Below are positions 23,787 to 36,991 of a DNA stretch of 64,000 nucleotides, piece by piece. The stretch lies in contig NEEC01000002.1 in assembly GCA_002189035.1 (NCBI GenBank), positions 2,790,001-2,854,000 of the forward strand, written 5' to 3'. Origin of the DNA: Utricularia gibba (lineage: Eukaryota > Plantae > Magnoliophyta). The notes under the pieces were generated by a model. The model was not told the origin of the DNA, ran no database searches, and saw nothing but the letters and a program-made list of their open reading frames with translations. The position numbers and the translations under genes were made by a program. Numbering within the stretch: the stretch's first letter is position 1; every line of letters begins with the position of its first letter.

Positions 23787-26700
23787 ACCCTTTGGAGGGT
23801 TTGCCTAGTTTTGTCACAACGCAAAAGCCTCTCCTTCTATGATCCTCTTGTTGATCATCACAATCCTGCAAAGCCTTTAGTCCAGGATCTCGGGTGCTTG
23901 AAGCACAAGTATGCACCGTTTGTTTACTTCTTTTGTGGTGTAGTAAAGAAATTACAGTTCTCTTGCAATTTGTTGTTTGGGTTGCTGCTTGTATGATGAA
24001 CTTGAATCCAATGGAGTCTCACAGGCACCCTATGTATGTGCAAAAGAAGAGAAAGACAAAAGAGAACGGGGGACTACTAGGGTTTGATTGGTCCGCAGTG
24101 CAGAGTCATTTTCTGTCATTGAAATCGGAGCATATGCCCCAACAATCTTCTTTATGTAATGGTGCATTTTTTTTACGTGTGTGTGCGTGACTCTTACAAA
24201 GGTTTGGAGGTTTATTGTCCCTACCAACATCAATATTACCAAATATACATACAAGTAGTTGTGTCTCTGTGCTTCAATGAATTCCCATCGCCCTCCCTCT
24301 AAGTGTAACTTTGGAAAGGAGGAGAGGGGAGCATGATGTTTGGTTTGGGTTGTCTGTGTCTTCATTCAGCCCAGTGTCAGCGCAGCTTTTGGTATAATAC
24401 TACAAACATGTGTGACAGAAGCAGAGATTGTGCAGTCATTATTTTGGATAAAAAGATGAACAAGGAGCATCAATTTCAGTATACCACAAGGCTTATTTTG
24501 TTTCTTTGGTTCGACCATATCTACGCTCCCCCATTCCTCGATCTCATGGCATTGACCTGAAATTTCCAGAGCCTCTGATTCTCGTCCCTTTGTTTCATAG
24601 GTTTTGAGTGATCACAGGAATTAGGGTTTAAACCTCAGTTCACTAAGAATGTGAAAAGTTGAAAAGAGCTAAGAATCGAGGGTATTTGGACTGAGTGGCG
24701 CCCCCACAATCCCACCATGTGAGAATCTTCTTGCGAACACACCAACCTTCTTTCTTCCCTTGCAGCCCCACAACTATCCATCCCTATTCGACAATCACTC
24801 GAACGTGGTCACCTTCCCAGTACCCATACTGCAGGATGTTTTGAACCCCGACTCTTTTACTTTTCCTCGAAAACTGATTTCAGGAAAATCCCCATCAGAG
24901 TTAAACGTTCAAAGAAAGATGGGAAATGACAACATTCTATCATCTGCTGCAGACTTGCTGCATGGCCGCCTTCGCAGAAGACGAATGCTAACCCTCCCAA
25001 AGATGAGAATGAAGATCCACAAGCACGACGCAAACACTGATCATTTGAGGTTAACATAAGCTACCACATGAAATGATAGTTATCTTTTTGGATCTGTAGC
25101 AAGGGAGAATAAAGTAGGAGAGGAGAGAACCCAGCTTTCTTCCAACTGTCCCTCATTAAATTGATGGACTAAAAAAATGAGGAAAATAATAAAAAAGAAC
25201 CAGCTTTCCATGTCTGACAACTTACAATCTTTGTTGGGACACCTTTAGAAGATATGTGATTAAACTGTGTCAAGGCGAAGTCTCAATCTCAGCACTATCT
25301 CCAAAACCATGCTTCTTCCTTCCTCATGGAATATCTCTATCGCCCTCGCTACGGTCCCCTCTCCGCTTCCTTTCTTTGCTTTTGCACCATCATCATCTTT
25401 CTTTTTTTCTTTTTTTTTCTTCACACACTTACGTGTTCCCATCCGTCGCCATTGACGATCAACCACGCGAGTCGACGTTGCAGTAGTGTTTCTTCCCGGA
25501 GTGAAAAATAACAGAGTTGGAATCAACAACCCCCTTTTTTTTTCTTGTCGCACCTTAGAAGAAGCATTTGAAACTTGAGAAACTCATCTTCCTACTGTGA
25601 TACGAGCGCGCTGATACTTGGATTCTTGATACTCTGTATTTGTGAATTTTAAATATACCCATACTAGTAATAATTTCAATTCATTATTTATTAAATTAAA
25701 AATCATTTATATAATGAAATATAATAAAATTAAAAATAATATTGATTACTATTTATCGTCATCATCATTTATTAAGTCGAAAAATTTTCAAATATAAAAA
25801 ATCTTAATCCAATAATTAGATACGAAAGATTGGATATTTCATCATGAGGTTCCACATCCCAAAACTTGGATGCACCATCTTGATGCATAATTTATGTACT
25901 TAATTATCAATGAAATTAAAGAAATGACCTAAATTTTTAGCAATAATCATGAATTAATCCGACTGGAAATTACAATTCTAAATCAAGGAAAAAAATCAGA
26001 ATACTATTTTTTAGAATGGGATTCGCAAGGTGCACATGATTCCAGGATGTATTTGAAAAGTAACCATCCTTTTTTTTATTGTAATAAAAATCAACATCAT
26101 ATGTGTAAAAAATTAATTTTAGTATGTGAGAGATAAACATAGGATGATTAATTTTAAAAAATGATCCTGTACTCCGCGCAAGTTGATAGCTGTCCCATGG
26201 CCATATGAACTCCATTATTTGAGTGCTGTTTGCTATTATAAATTGAATTACTTTTTTTTGCATTATTTTAATGTCAAAATTACACCTTTTCTGAATTGAA
26301 AAAGTGGAAGTGGGAAACATAGAAGAGAAAGATTTAACGTAAATTACAAATGATATGATATTTAAAATGATAAAAAATATTAATATGATGATATATGTTA
26401 TAATGAAATGAAATCAAAGGTATTCAAGTATTTCTAAATTTTAAATTTATTCAAAGTTTAAAATAAATGTATATAATTATTTAATAAATGATTTTGATGG
26501 ATTTTTAAAATATTAAAATTGAAATATTATAAATAAAATTAAATAGGTTATTATATATATATATATTGACGTTTTTTTTAAAAATGATCATATGGAACAA
26601 GTCCATTAAGTCACTGGCCCATTCCAGTGGGTTTCAAGGCCCATAAGTCCTTGGTTCAAGCCCGGAACAAAATTACTAAATTTTTTTTTTTTTACGCTTA

Positions 26701-27091
26701 TGATTTTGCACCAATATTAAAGTACTAAATTATCACCTTTTTTTAAAAAAATATTGTTGCGTCGTGATGTATGTTACGTAATTGTCTGATAAAAAAAATT
26801 GTTGTCCTGCAAAAGTGAATCTTTCAACACAAATGCAGTGTGGTTTCCGTCACATTCAAAGGACACATCACAACAGTGAACAAAGCTACAGAAATTCACA
26901 GCTCTGCAAGAAATCTAACTTACCATATCAGTTGCTGGAGGGAGGAAGAGAGAGAGAAAGACATACAACACTTCGGACTACTTCATTCAACAATCAGAAT
27001 TATAACATTTGCGGAGGAACAGATGGAACAAGATTCCACTACTATCCAGAAATGACTGATATTCCTCTGTGTCAACAGCTTTGCTGTGTAG

Positions 27092-28177
27092 CTACTGATT
27101 CCTCCATCTCGGACTGGGTATGGGGAAAATACCTGAAGGAGAAAATGCAGAAAGTCCGTAACCAGGTGACGGAGGTGTGTGAGATGGTGCACCGAAGACA
27201 CCAGACGGCCCTAGAGATGAGAATGAGAAGCTAGGGGAAAGCGGGGGAGGGAACGGGTATCCTGGAGAAAGCAATGGATATGGCGATCGAGGAGACAAGG
27301 CATTCCAGAACCCAGTAGGTGAATTTAAAAGGAACTGTGAAGTAGGGGATGGTAAAAAGGGAGGTGTATTTGGACCCGGTGGCGCTGGAAAAGGTGCAAC
27401 AGAGGATGCGGAAAGTGGTGGGGGTGTATTCATAGCAGGAAGAACCGGAGGGGGATTAAACCTAGGCGAAGGAAGGGCCACTGGTGGTCCATTGACAGCA
27501 GCTCCCGCTAATGGGAATTGCAGCATTGCAGGACCAGGAAAAGAAGGTTGCTGGTTATTCAGAGGAACTTGAGCTTGCATATTAGACTGAGGTTGCCTAG
27601 GAGAAGAACTTATAATTGAATTTTGAAGATAACGCATGTAGACAGAAATCGGAGACTCAGCTGTGTTAGTCCAAACATCCGTAGGGGTAGGTGGAAGCCC
27701 TATTCCAGGTGAAAGCTGATCAGGTTGAACAGGAGGAGGTCTCACGAACTGGTTTGTAAAAGGACGTGGAACTATTGGCTGTGGCTGCGGCTGTAACTGA
27801 GGCTGCGGTAGCTGTGGCTGTACAGGTTGCGGAGCCATAGCTGGATAATGATGAACCGGAACATGAGACCGATGTGTAGGAGCCAAGGGCGGTGGTCGAA
27901 TTCTCTGTAACCGGTTATTTGGTGCTCTGTGTGTGTTTTGGGGAGGCCTCGAAGGAGGATCACGCAACGGAGACCCTGTAAGCTGCTGAACCAGTTCCCG
28001 GAAATCATTCCTATTGATATTGTAAACATGGGGCTGGGGCTGAGACTGAGGCTGAGGCTGAGGCTGCTGCTTGTTGGAACTAGCAAATGCTGGCTGATGA
28101 ATAGGGCTTTTCCTAATATTCCTCCCCATCTTATTCACCCCAAGATAATCAGTTTGTCGAGACTGATAAGGATCCAT
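27092..28177 (-). CDS. IKU1: VQ-motif protein, HAIKU1 (IKU1/VQ14)-like
   Basis: Intronless 361 aa. LGVNKMGRNIRKSPIHQP, VYNINRNDFRELVQQLTGSP, Pro/Ser-rich C-terminus ending PSPRW. Confidence 0.9.
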   Translation of the reverse strand: MDPYQSRQTDYLGVNKMGRNIRKSPIHQPAFASSNKQQPQPQPQSQPQPHVYNINRNDFRELVQQLTGSPLRDPPSRPPQNTHRAPNNRLQRIRPPPLAPTHRSHVPVHHYPAMAPQPVQPQLPQPQLQPQPQPIVPRPFTNQFVRPPPVQPDQLSPGIGLPPTPTDVWTNTAESPISVYMRYLQNSIISSSPRQPQSNMQAQVPLNNQQPSFPGPAMLQFPLAGAAVNGPPVALPSPRFNPPPVLPAMNTPPPLSASSVAPFPAPPGPNTPPFLPSPTSQFLLNSPTGFWNALSPRSPYPLLSPGYPFPPPLSPSFSFSSLGPSGVFGAPSHTPPSPGYGLSAFSPSGIFPIPSPRWRNQ

Positions 28178-30308
28178 TTTTTCACCAAAACCAAAAACCC
28201 TAATCAGAACCGCCGCATACTCAAATCAAAGTCTCAACAGAAGAATTCAATCGCTCTGTTCCTCGAAAACCCAATTCCTGTCCTATCGCCCCAACGCCAA
28301 TAATCCGCACCCACACAAGGAGCTTGAAAGTGAACACTACCTTAATGGCGTAAACAATCGCAGACGAGAATAATTCACTCCCTGTGTACCGCGTAGACTG
28401 ATTCTCCTCTCCGACCAGCAGACGTAGTGTGGGAAGACACCCCAACAGTGGAGCTAGCAAAAAGCCTCTCAATTCCGGTCAAGGGAAGATCTTGCAAGCA
28501 CAAAATCACGCGGCGGCATTCAAATAGAATGAAAATTCTTTACGATGACTGGATTCAGTCAAAGCCCCTGCTAGTGCTCGCTCTCGATGATAGCAGTCGT
28601 CAGTATGACAATTAGCTTTTTAGGTGGGACTGGATTAGGTTAATTCCCAATTAACCGACATGATTACTGTTTTTAAATTAAAATATTCAATATTTATGAG
28701 GATAATGTTTTTACATTACTGTGTATAATAGATTTTTTTTTGTTTTATTAGATTTTTAGTAACATATTACTAGACTATGTTGGATAAAATTTAATTATGA
28801 TTTCAAATATATATTATAATATTATATCTGTTTGATAAATATGTTTTCAATAGACACCATACTTTTAAAAATCATTTTATAGTAAAGTATTATTATGTTT
28901 AAATATAATAATTGAGTATGCATATACTCAATTATAAGGTTTATAACAAATTATATGTTTGATATACAAAAATAGAGTTATGAGATATAATTTGATTTGT
29001 AAAGTGGTTTTATGGAGAATTTTACTTCATAGAAAAGAGATGAACAAAAAGAGATTCACAAGAAAGACAGTGGCTATCATTTGATATGAAAATTATTTTT
29101 AAAAGAATATAAATAAAAAACATATTCTGATATATTTATAATTAATCTCCATCTCTAATTGTGTATATTATTTAAACGTTCAAAAAATAAATATATAAAT
29201 AGTATAATCATATAAAACTAATATATATATGTTAATTAATCAAATAATAATTTATGTGTAAACTTGAATATAATATTATACATTATAGTATAAAACACCA
29301 TGTTACAATGTTTAAATTATCTCTCTTTTGGAAACTTTTTCTAATTTTTTAATTAATTAAAATTTGTTTTCTAAATTAAATTATCAAATATGTTATCATT
29401 TTAAATATATATTTTTAGAATTTATATAAAAAACATAGTTTTAATACATTTTTAAACATACTTTTGTGGTTAAGAAAAACATAAAAAAACATATTTTAAT
29501 TTTAATTTTAATTACATGATAAATAGTTATTTGAATATAAATTATTTATATCAATCATTAATTAAATTGTCATATTAAATATTTAATTATATTTTTAGCA
29601 TTTACAAGGCTAATTACTACTTTAATTAAGTAATACCTGAATACTTAGGAGAGTAATTTGATTTATCTGGTAAAGCGTGATGATATTTAGCCTCATAATC
29701 ACTGCCTAAAATTAGTTGTTTGCGGTCCATCACCGGATGTCTCGATTATTGTTTTTTGGTAATTGCGTTGTGAATGCGGTGGTTGGGCTTCGTACTCCGG
29801 TGCTGGCGTCAAGCATTGTTGATTTTTATCCCTCGAAGCCTCAAGAATTTGCAATGTTACGATTTGCGCACAGTTTGATTGGAAGGTTTTCGAGATTGAC
29901 GTTCTAGGGTGAGTGTGGAATTGGGGGATTTGTTGTTTTACCCTTTGTTGGCGATTTATGTACTGCTGCTGAAATATCTTTATCTAAAAATGCGAACTTT
30001 ATGTGGGATGGAGATTTTGGTGACTGGTTGTATTTTGGAGCTTCTTTTGGACAAATGCACCGCGCCTTCTGTTACTGTGATGTAAAACGAAGTGGTGGGT
30101 AGGCAGTTCACCAGATTTTGTGCCTTTTTGAAAGTTGAGGTGTGCGTTACTTCTGCTGATAAGCTGGCTGTTTAGTTTAATGGTGTTGCTTGTATCAGTA
30201 TATGACTGTTCCTCTGCAGCTTATTTTGTGTGGATGATCCTTGCAGATCGATTTCTATTCATACGGATGATGAACTGAAACAGCAAAGTATTGTCAGCAT
30301 TTGGCGTT

Positions 30309-30822
30309 ATGGATAACGGATTCGGTGCCGATAATGGTGATATGGAGGTTCTTGTAATGCATCATGAAGGAAATGAAGCCCCTGATGATCTTCTGGCTCG
30401 CCGTGTCAAGAACCGTGAAAGGCAGCGTAGATACCGTGCTCGCAAACGGCATGAAGCTGATCTGAAAAAGGCATCGGTCGTTTATGAAACTACACCCCCC
30501 CATCACCGCAAGTAACTTCTGAGTTGCTGCTTGCTTCTCCCGAGCCTGATAATTCCTTAATTCTAACTAACCCCGATTGCTTGACCCGGGTATATTGCCA
30601 ACGGGACTGGAAGAAAGATGCCAGGAGAGGTGTCCGTTGCTCCCCGGATGGCAGGCAAACATCTTCAACTCCTGCAACTAAACTGGGTTTCCCCGTTGAA
30701 CAAGATCAGCTAACCACCAGCCATTCTAACACGACTTCATCAGCATCGGGTCGACACGATGCCTACATCCGAGCAGGAGGCATTGGAAAGCTGAGGCCCG
30801 AAACAAGAAAACTTCAAACTGA
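30309..30822 (+). CDS. Uncharacterised conserved plant protein with basic region RRVKNRERQRRYRARKR; two apparent 1-bp deletions
   Basis: Three motif blocks lie in three successive frames: KNRERQRRYRARKRHEAD, TRVYCQRDWKKDARR, SRRHWKAEARNKK*. Adding 2 nt gives 516 nt (171 aa). 5' UTR introns lie upstream (donor near 29909, acceptor at 30247). Confidence 0.7.
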
Positions 30823-32273
30823 GTAAGCTATCGCAAGAATCATTGTACTCCGAGTTCACGAGTTCCTTCTCTGTTGCTGCTCAGTTGTAATGCATTCCCG
30901 AGGTTTGATTGATTTCTAAGTTCCATTTCACCATCTTGCAGAATCGTTAATGCCTCCACATGGCCTATTATGAGTTCCCAGGCCGGGAACATAAGAGATG
31001 AGATCAGCAGCTGCATTCGGCCTTGCAGTGAAGGTTGAATTCCTGTTTTGTAATGTTGAACGCTTTGATGCTGTATGCATACCCGTACAAGCCTCTGTGG
31101 TGTGCTACTGTTCATTAGGTGTCTTATTGGGCCGGGTGCAGAATGGGGGAGACGAATCGTCGTCATATTTAATCAGGCCTTTGCATTTGGGCCTAATTGA
31201 ATGCGCTATTACAGTATTATCCGACCCGACCCGATCCGAAGAATTGGTACTTTTATTCATACTTTATTTTCTTACCTCGATCTTATCCAGAAATACGAAA
31301 TCTGTGGCTATTTGGACGCCGAGCCGACCCCACCAGGAACTCCAACATAGACACGTGAAAAACGGGCACTTACCTTTTCTCAAAAACTATTTTTTTATTA
31401 TCCACATGTCCACATGCATAGATTTTGTAATTATTTCCCGGTTACAGTCAAAGTCGACTGCTCCACCACAACTCATAAAAATTAGATGAATTAGGTTACA
31501 TAAATTATGTTTTTTAGAAATATTTTTAATAAAATAAAAGTTAGAGTTCTATTATTTCTTAAAGAGAACAAACATTTATAGATTTATGTCATTTTTTAAA
31601 TATAATTTATTCATATTTAATAATAAATATATATTTTTGAAATATATATATATTTTTTACTATTAACAGTTATAGAGAATAAAAAATTTAACTTCTAATA
31701 TATCGTTTGATATTATAATATTAGTATCTTTAAATATATATAATTGAGTATATATATATACAATTGTATATAATGTTTGATATATTAAAATAAAAATTTA
31801 AATACATAAGTAGTATAAATATAATTAATTTTTATTTTCATTTGTATATATTAATCACATACTTAAAAAATGAATATATGAATGATATAATCATACAAGA
31901 TTGATATACATATATTAATTAATCAAAAAATGATTTGTGTAAATTTTCTATATTATGCTATTAAACACCTTATTAATATTGTGTAAAACACATTATTTTT
32001 AAAACACATTTAAAAATATATTGAAACGTGTTTTATGTGTGTGTTTTCTCCTATACATTTATTTATTTAAGTAGCATGTCTTATTCTACAGCAAGTGGAT
32101 TGCATACATTGGAAGAGAGTAGTTGCAGTAAACAATTCGAACTATTTCTGTAGTGTTACAACAGTAAAAAGGACATTATGATACACAGGGCAGCCTTGGG
32201 TTTTACATCCATGGCTGAGCCTCGACTCAAGCTTCTTCTTCTTCATTAGGCAGCAGGCAAAGCATGTTTTGCT

Positions 32274-34271
32274 TTATCGGGTAGCCATTTTCCATATCAA
32301 AGCTTCTCGAAGCTGATCCTGAGAAAACAATCTGCCCTCCATCCTCACCGTAGCTTGCTGAATCATCATCTCATTCACTACTGAGACACTGCCATGGTGC
32401 ACATCTAGTTCTAGTTCTTTTAGTGCTACCATCAGCTTAGCAGCGGGATGGCTCTTCCTGCTACATTGAACGCGAATCATGGCGTCTCGTCCCATGATGC
32501 TCACGTCGACATCGACCTTCACATTTGCGTGTCTGCTCCCAAGATAAGCATCTGGTGCGGTGAGGGATGAAGAGTATCTTGTTTCTTTAGATGAGGAGGA
32601 GGAGGATGTTTCCTTCTTTAAGCTGTCTAGTTGCTCTCTGAGGTCGGCTTTGTCTGATTCGGAGTTCTTTAGCATCGCTTTTAGCTCGTTGATGTAGGCA
32701 ATAGCATCGCCGAGCAGGGAGGCCTTGTCCATCTTTGACACATTGGGAACCACAGCTCTGAGAGCGTAGAACTTCTGGTTCAGCTTCTCCCTTCTCTGCC
32801 TCTCGGCCTCCACGTGATTCAGAGGTTCTTCCCTGCCGTTCGCCGGCTTCCGACCACGTTTTCTTGGCCGCTGTTTGGGTTCGACGACTGTACTTCTTCC
32901 CACCTCCTTCACTGCAGATGCTTCGAGATCAGAATGCTCAGATTCAGCTCCACAGAGACTATCATTTTTCAGTAATCCAGATGATGGAGCTATCACACCA
33001 GAAGTGAAAGACGTCAATCCTTCCCCGGTGCTACCTTTGGATGTGGCGGATTTCTTCATTGTTTTCTCAATTTGAAGCCCAAACGGATTCCCATTTGCCC
33101 CAATCATCTTGCTGCTTTCACCAAAGCTCAATACTTCAGCAGACTCTTGTTTACATGATCCAGTGTTTCCAGTAAACCTGAAATCTGAGAAACTCACATC
33201 CTTGTTCGAAAGCCCCTGATTCGAATTCCCCGTGATCTCACTGCAACTCAGGTTACCATTCCCAAGCGCCATCTGTTTATTAGGAACCATGCTTGCGAAA
33301 CCTGAAACATTTCCATTGTTATTCAATGAACCCTTATTCTCCAAACAACAAGAAGAAGAAGGCTGATCATTAGGCCACACAGTTGTTGTAGCAGAAGCAT
33401 CGCCGTCTCCCATGACCCAAGATCCCGCTCCAGGAACAGAACCCCCTTCAAGCGCACTGAAATTAAATAAAAATCTCACCCTTTTCATCAGATCATAACT
33501 CTGGAAAATCACATCAGTGGAACCAAGCTCCACAACACCCTTCGATAAGGGTATACAAACCATGGTTCGGATCCCGAACCCCAGAGCTTGATGGGCTCGT
33601 TCACAATTAGCCTCTGCGAGCCGCTCTGGACCAGTGACCCAAACAGGGGTCGAACTGTAAAGCGCTTGGCCGGGAATCCCCCATCCGGTTGGAAACGATT
33701 GAGTCATGGAAATCAAGAAGAACCACTCTGTATCTGTGACTTCTTCATCAATTGCGTCATCTGAAGAAGCCTGGGAACCAGAAACCAGCGCGTTTAGTTC
33801 TCTAAGAACCTTTTTTCTATGGGCTTGCTCAGAGGGCGAAGACGACGACGTTTTGCGCTTCCCTTTATCCTCTTCCCCTTTATAGTACCCATCTCCCCAG
33901 CTCAACACAGGGGGTACACCGTATTCAGCCACAGAGCTCTGCCAAAAGATAGCGTAAGTCCAAGCCTCACGAGCGCCTTCAATCAAAGCGAGGAATCGCT
34001 GTTGAAGGCTTTCTTGAGTGAGCATCTGAACTTCCGGTGGCACCGCCGACATCTTGGAACTCTCCCCTTGCGGCAGAGCTGGAGCTAGAAGCGGGTTGGA
34101 AGCGTTTTGTTGAGCGATTGACCAGAAGGAACCCAGATCAGAACCAGACGCAAAGAACGATTCCATGATCCCGGATTCCCCCTGCGACGTCCCATTCGAT
34201 TCCCGACCACTAACCGTCCACATATCCATATAAGTGGAATCGGGGAACACAGTCATCCGATGATCGATCAT
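32274..34271 (-). CDS. MYC2: bHLH transcription factor MYC2 (jasmonate signalling)
   Basis: Intronless 665 aa. JID/TAD region ([31 protein letters not shown]), b[47 protein letters not shown]-terminal ACT-like domain. Confidence 0.96.
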   Translation of the reverse strand: MIDHRMTVFPDSTYMDMWTVSGRESNGTSQGESGIMESFFASGSDLGSFWSIAQQNASNPLLAPALPQGESSKMSAVPPEVQMLTQESLQQRFLALIEGAREAWTYAIFWQSSVAEYGVPPVLSWGDGYYKGEEDKGKRKTSSSSPSEQAHRKKVLRELNALVSGSQASSDDAIDEEVTDTEWFFLISMTQSFPTGWGIPGQALYSSTPVWVTGPERLAEANCERAHQALGFGIRTMVCIPLSKGVVELGSTDVIFQSYDLMKRVRFLFNFSALEGGSVPGAGSWVMGDGDASATTTVWPNDQPSSSCCLENKGSLNNNGNVSGFASMVPNKQMALGNGNLSCSEITGNSNQGLSNKDVSFSDFRFTGNTGSCKQESAEVLSFGESSKMIGANGNPFGLQIEKTMKKSATSKGSTGEGLTSFTSGVIAPSSGLLKNDSLCGAESEHSDLEASAVKEVGRSTVVEPKQRPRKRGRKPANGREEPLNHVEAERQRREKLNQKFYALRAVVPNVSKMDKASLLGDAIAYINELKAMLKNSESDKADLREQLDSLKKETSSSSSSKETRYSSSLTAPDAYLGSRHANVKVDVDVSIMGRDAMIRVQCSRKSHPAAKLMVALKELELDVHHGSVSVVNEMMIQQATVRMEGRLFSQDQLREALIWKMATR

Positions 34272-36093
34272 TCAACGCGAATTTCCCGTGTACCCAGAAA
34301 ACAGAAATCCAGAGAGATGCTGCGCAAAGGGAGCTGATCAGACGAAAAGCAAGATGGGGATTGGAAGAGAGAAAAGAAGCTAGAGGACGGCTCAAATGTT
34401 GAGAGACGGGTATCTGGTCACGCGTTTGCGATTTATTTGGACCGAATTTCCCCGGTCAATTTGTTGATTGGCTGTTTTTTTTTAATATTTTAACACATTA
34501 ATCAATATGCATATTTACTTTAATTTTTAAATCAAAATGCAAATTACTAGAAATATAGCATTTTTTGTATTATATTTAAATTCAATAAACGAAATACTCT
34601 GCCTTTGTTAGTTTCACATGGACATAGGAGAATTGAAATCAATTTAAAATTTATTTAATAAACAATAAACTTAAATAAAAGTCCTTTCAAAACCACGTAT
34701 TGCAGCACGTGTCCCTGGAAATACAATTAATATTTCCCAGATAATTTTAAAAAATAAAAAAAAGAAACATTTATGGGACAGGAAAATATTCAAAAGGAGG
34801 AAGCTTCCTACGTGGTCTAAAAAGTAAAAAGTCCAATCCACATCAAAAATGTGAAACACGTTTCGGTCGCTGGCGGCTTTGAACAAATGGCTTGGCTTTC
34901 TTTGAGTTACTTTTTCGGCCCAAATCAGGCATAGAATATAATTTCTCGAACTGTGGGGGCCCAAACACATTATTATATTTGGCCACTCCTTGGGGAATGC
35001 CGATAGTGCATTTTGTTGTGGGACCGGCATTCAATAGCATCATTAACATTATTTTTTTTCTTGAAAAATCATAATTTTCTGTGTGGTACAAATCCAATAA
35101 TCTAAGTTGCACCTACCTTGATACGACTGGACTCTACACGCATACTGATGCAGGAAAATTTCAAAATCAATTTGGGTGTAATTATTCAGACTAAACAGGG
35201 ATTAAGTCTGTTGAAAACGCAAAATATGATAATTAATAATCGATGTAGAGGGTCAAATGCATCCAATTATCTAATTAAGTTATCGCCAATAGCCAATGAG
35301 ACTAGTAGATACAAGAGACTATGGAGAAGAAGCGAAAAATCCAAAGTGTTATCACATTGCAATTTGATAAAAGAATTGTAATTTAATGAGTTATTTTTTA
35401 ATATATTAATTATATTTTAAAATTAATTTTATATTTTCAAAATATTAAAATAAAGGTAGCGTTTGTCGGTAGGTTATTTCAAATTATACTTAGTATAAAT
35501 AATTTAATCTTTAAATTTTAAAATTGCATCATAAATATTTTAAATTATTTTTTTGAAAACAATTTATTCCTAAACTTATGAAATTGTATATTTAATATTT
35601 TATATTATCAAAATTAATGGATTTTAACATTAACATCATTATAATGATGTATTCATATAAATAATATTCCTCCTCCTATGATGGTCTTACGTTTTCTAAA
35701 CTTCAAAAGTCACAAAACACAAATGCGATATAAATCTAACAAGGGATTTTGATTCACCAACCTCTATATTTAATGCAAAAAAGTCTAATACAAAATTATT
35801 TTAGGTGTGAAATAAGAGCTGATTCATAGTATTATGAATTAGTTCACTTTTAAAAATTTTAAAAATTCTTTGACCTTCATTGCATGGTTTTGAAACTTAA
35901 TGATTAAATCATTATAATAACCGAAACTTACTTGTTTTTCTTCTAATTTTCTTAATAAAATAATTTTGAATAATGAAGAATTGAACTCTTAATATTGCTA
36001 TTAGAAATGCCATAAAACCAACTATCATATTAAAGTATGATCATAATTAGACATTGAAATTAGGTCGAACTAAATTGGTCATAAGTTAACTTA

Positions 36094-36543
36094 TGAAAGA
36101 GTTTTGATTGTTTGAGATTTTGAGAACTTTTCTTGGATAAAAGTATATTAGAAACTTTGCAAAATATTGAATGCTACTCAAACGACAAAGAGTATTTTTT
36201 CCATTGTTCGCAAAGATATTTACAGAAAGAGAACATAGTTGCTCATTGAATTTGTTAGAGCTAGAAATCTATCGTTGTTTGTTTTTAAATTTATAAAATA
36301 GTATTTTCCTTTGTCTCTTGCACTTAAATATCTTGTATGCATAACTTTCTGGGCTTTTTGTAGACTGTGCTCCCAAGATTATACTTTGCGCCAAGAGACC
36401 AAAATGTTTTGGTCCAAGAATAATGACGCCTCTTTCAAAACTTGAATGGGGGTTCGTTCTCTCAAAATGAGCAAAGATAGCACCGCATCCTTTTTCATCA
36501 CTCTGGTTTTCTTGGTTCTTCGATGCTTCATCATCCACTGACA
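36094..36543 (-). repeat. 3' LTR of Copia B
   Basis: Starts TGTCAGTGGATGATGAAG after the PPT and ends CTCTTTCA. Roughly 70% similar by eye to 39630-40034. Confidence 0.8.
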
Positions 36544-36964
36544 TTCCTCCCTAATGAAGTAATGAAGATATGGTTGTTCATTCAATTAGATATACTTGGA
36601 ATCCTAGCATTTCTCGGATGAAATATAAATTTAATCTAGAGGTTTTATGTTTTTTGGATTGTGTACTGCTGACCACACTCCATGTTTATGTATGGAGACA
36701 AATTCTTCAACTATAGATATTTTTCAATTTGAATATTTTAGTGATTCTAATACATTTGAATGTCATGTCCCTATTATAAATGTCTTTGATTAGGGCGTAT
36801 CCTCATATTGTTTTACTATCTTCATTATACGTTGGATATATATATAGGTAACATGGAAGATAATGTATATCTTCTCATTTATAGTCGTTCAAGTAATGTT
36901 GTTTTTGTGGAGGGAGTAAATTTGGGATTTTTACTATGTGGTTAGAATGTTGTTTATCAGTTAG

Positions 36965-36991
36965 TTCTTCTTCTTCTTCTTCTTCTTCTTC
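36965..36991. repeat. (TTC)9 microsatellite inside Copia B
   Basis: Read directly. Confidence 0.9.

Noticed and set aside
24413-24433. TGACAGAAG start resembling miR156
   Set aside because: Only 9 nt match and there is no hairpin partner.
24686-24705. TTGGACTGAGTGGCGCCCCC, 16/20 identical to miR319
   Set aside because: I found no complementary star arm within ~200 nt, and four mismatches is too many for this conserved family.
36094-36543. Direct repeat first read as caulimovirus movement-protein-like fragments (HFERTN, TLSL)
   Set aside because: The repeats are the LTRs of Copia B, flanked by PBS and PPT and enclosing gag, integrase and RNase H remnants.
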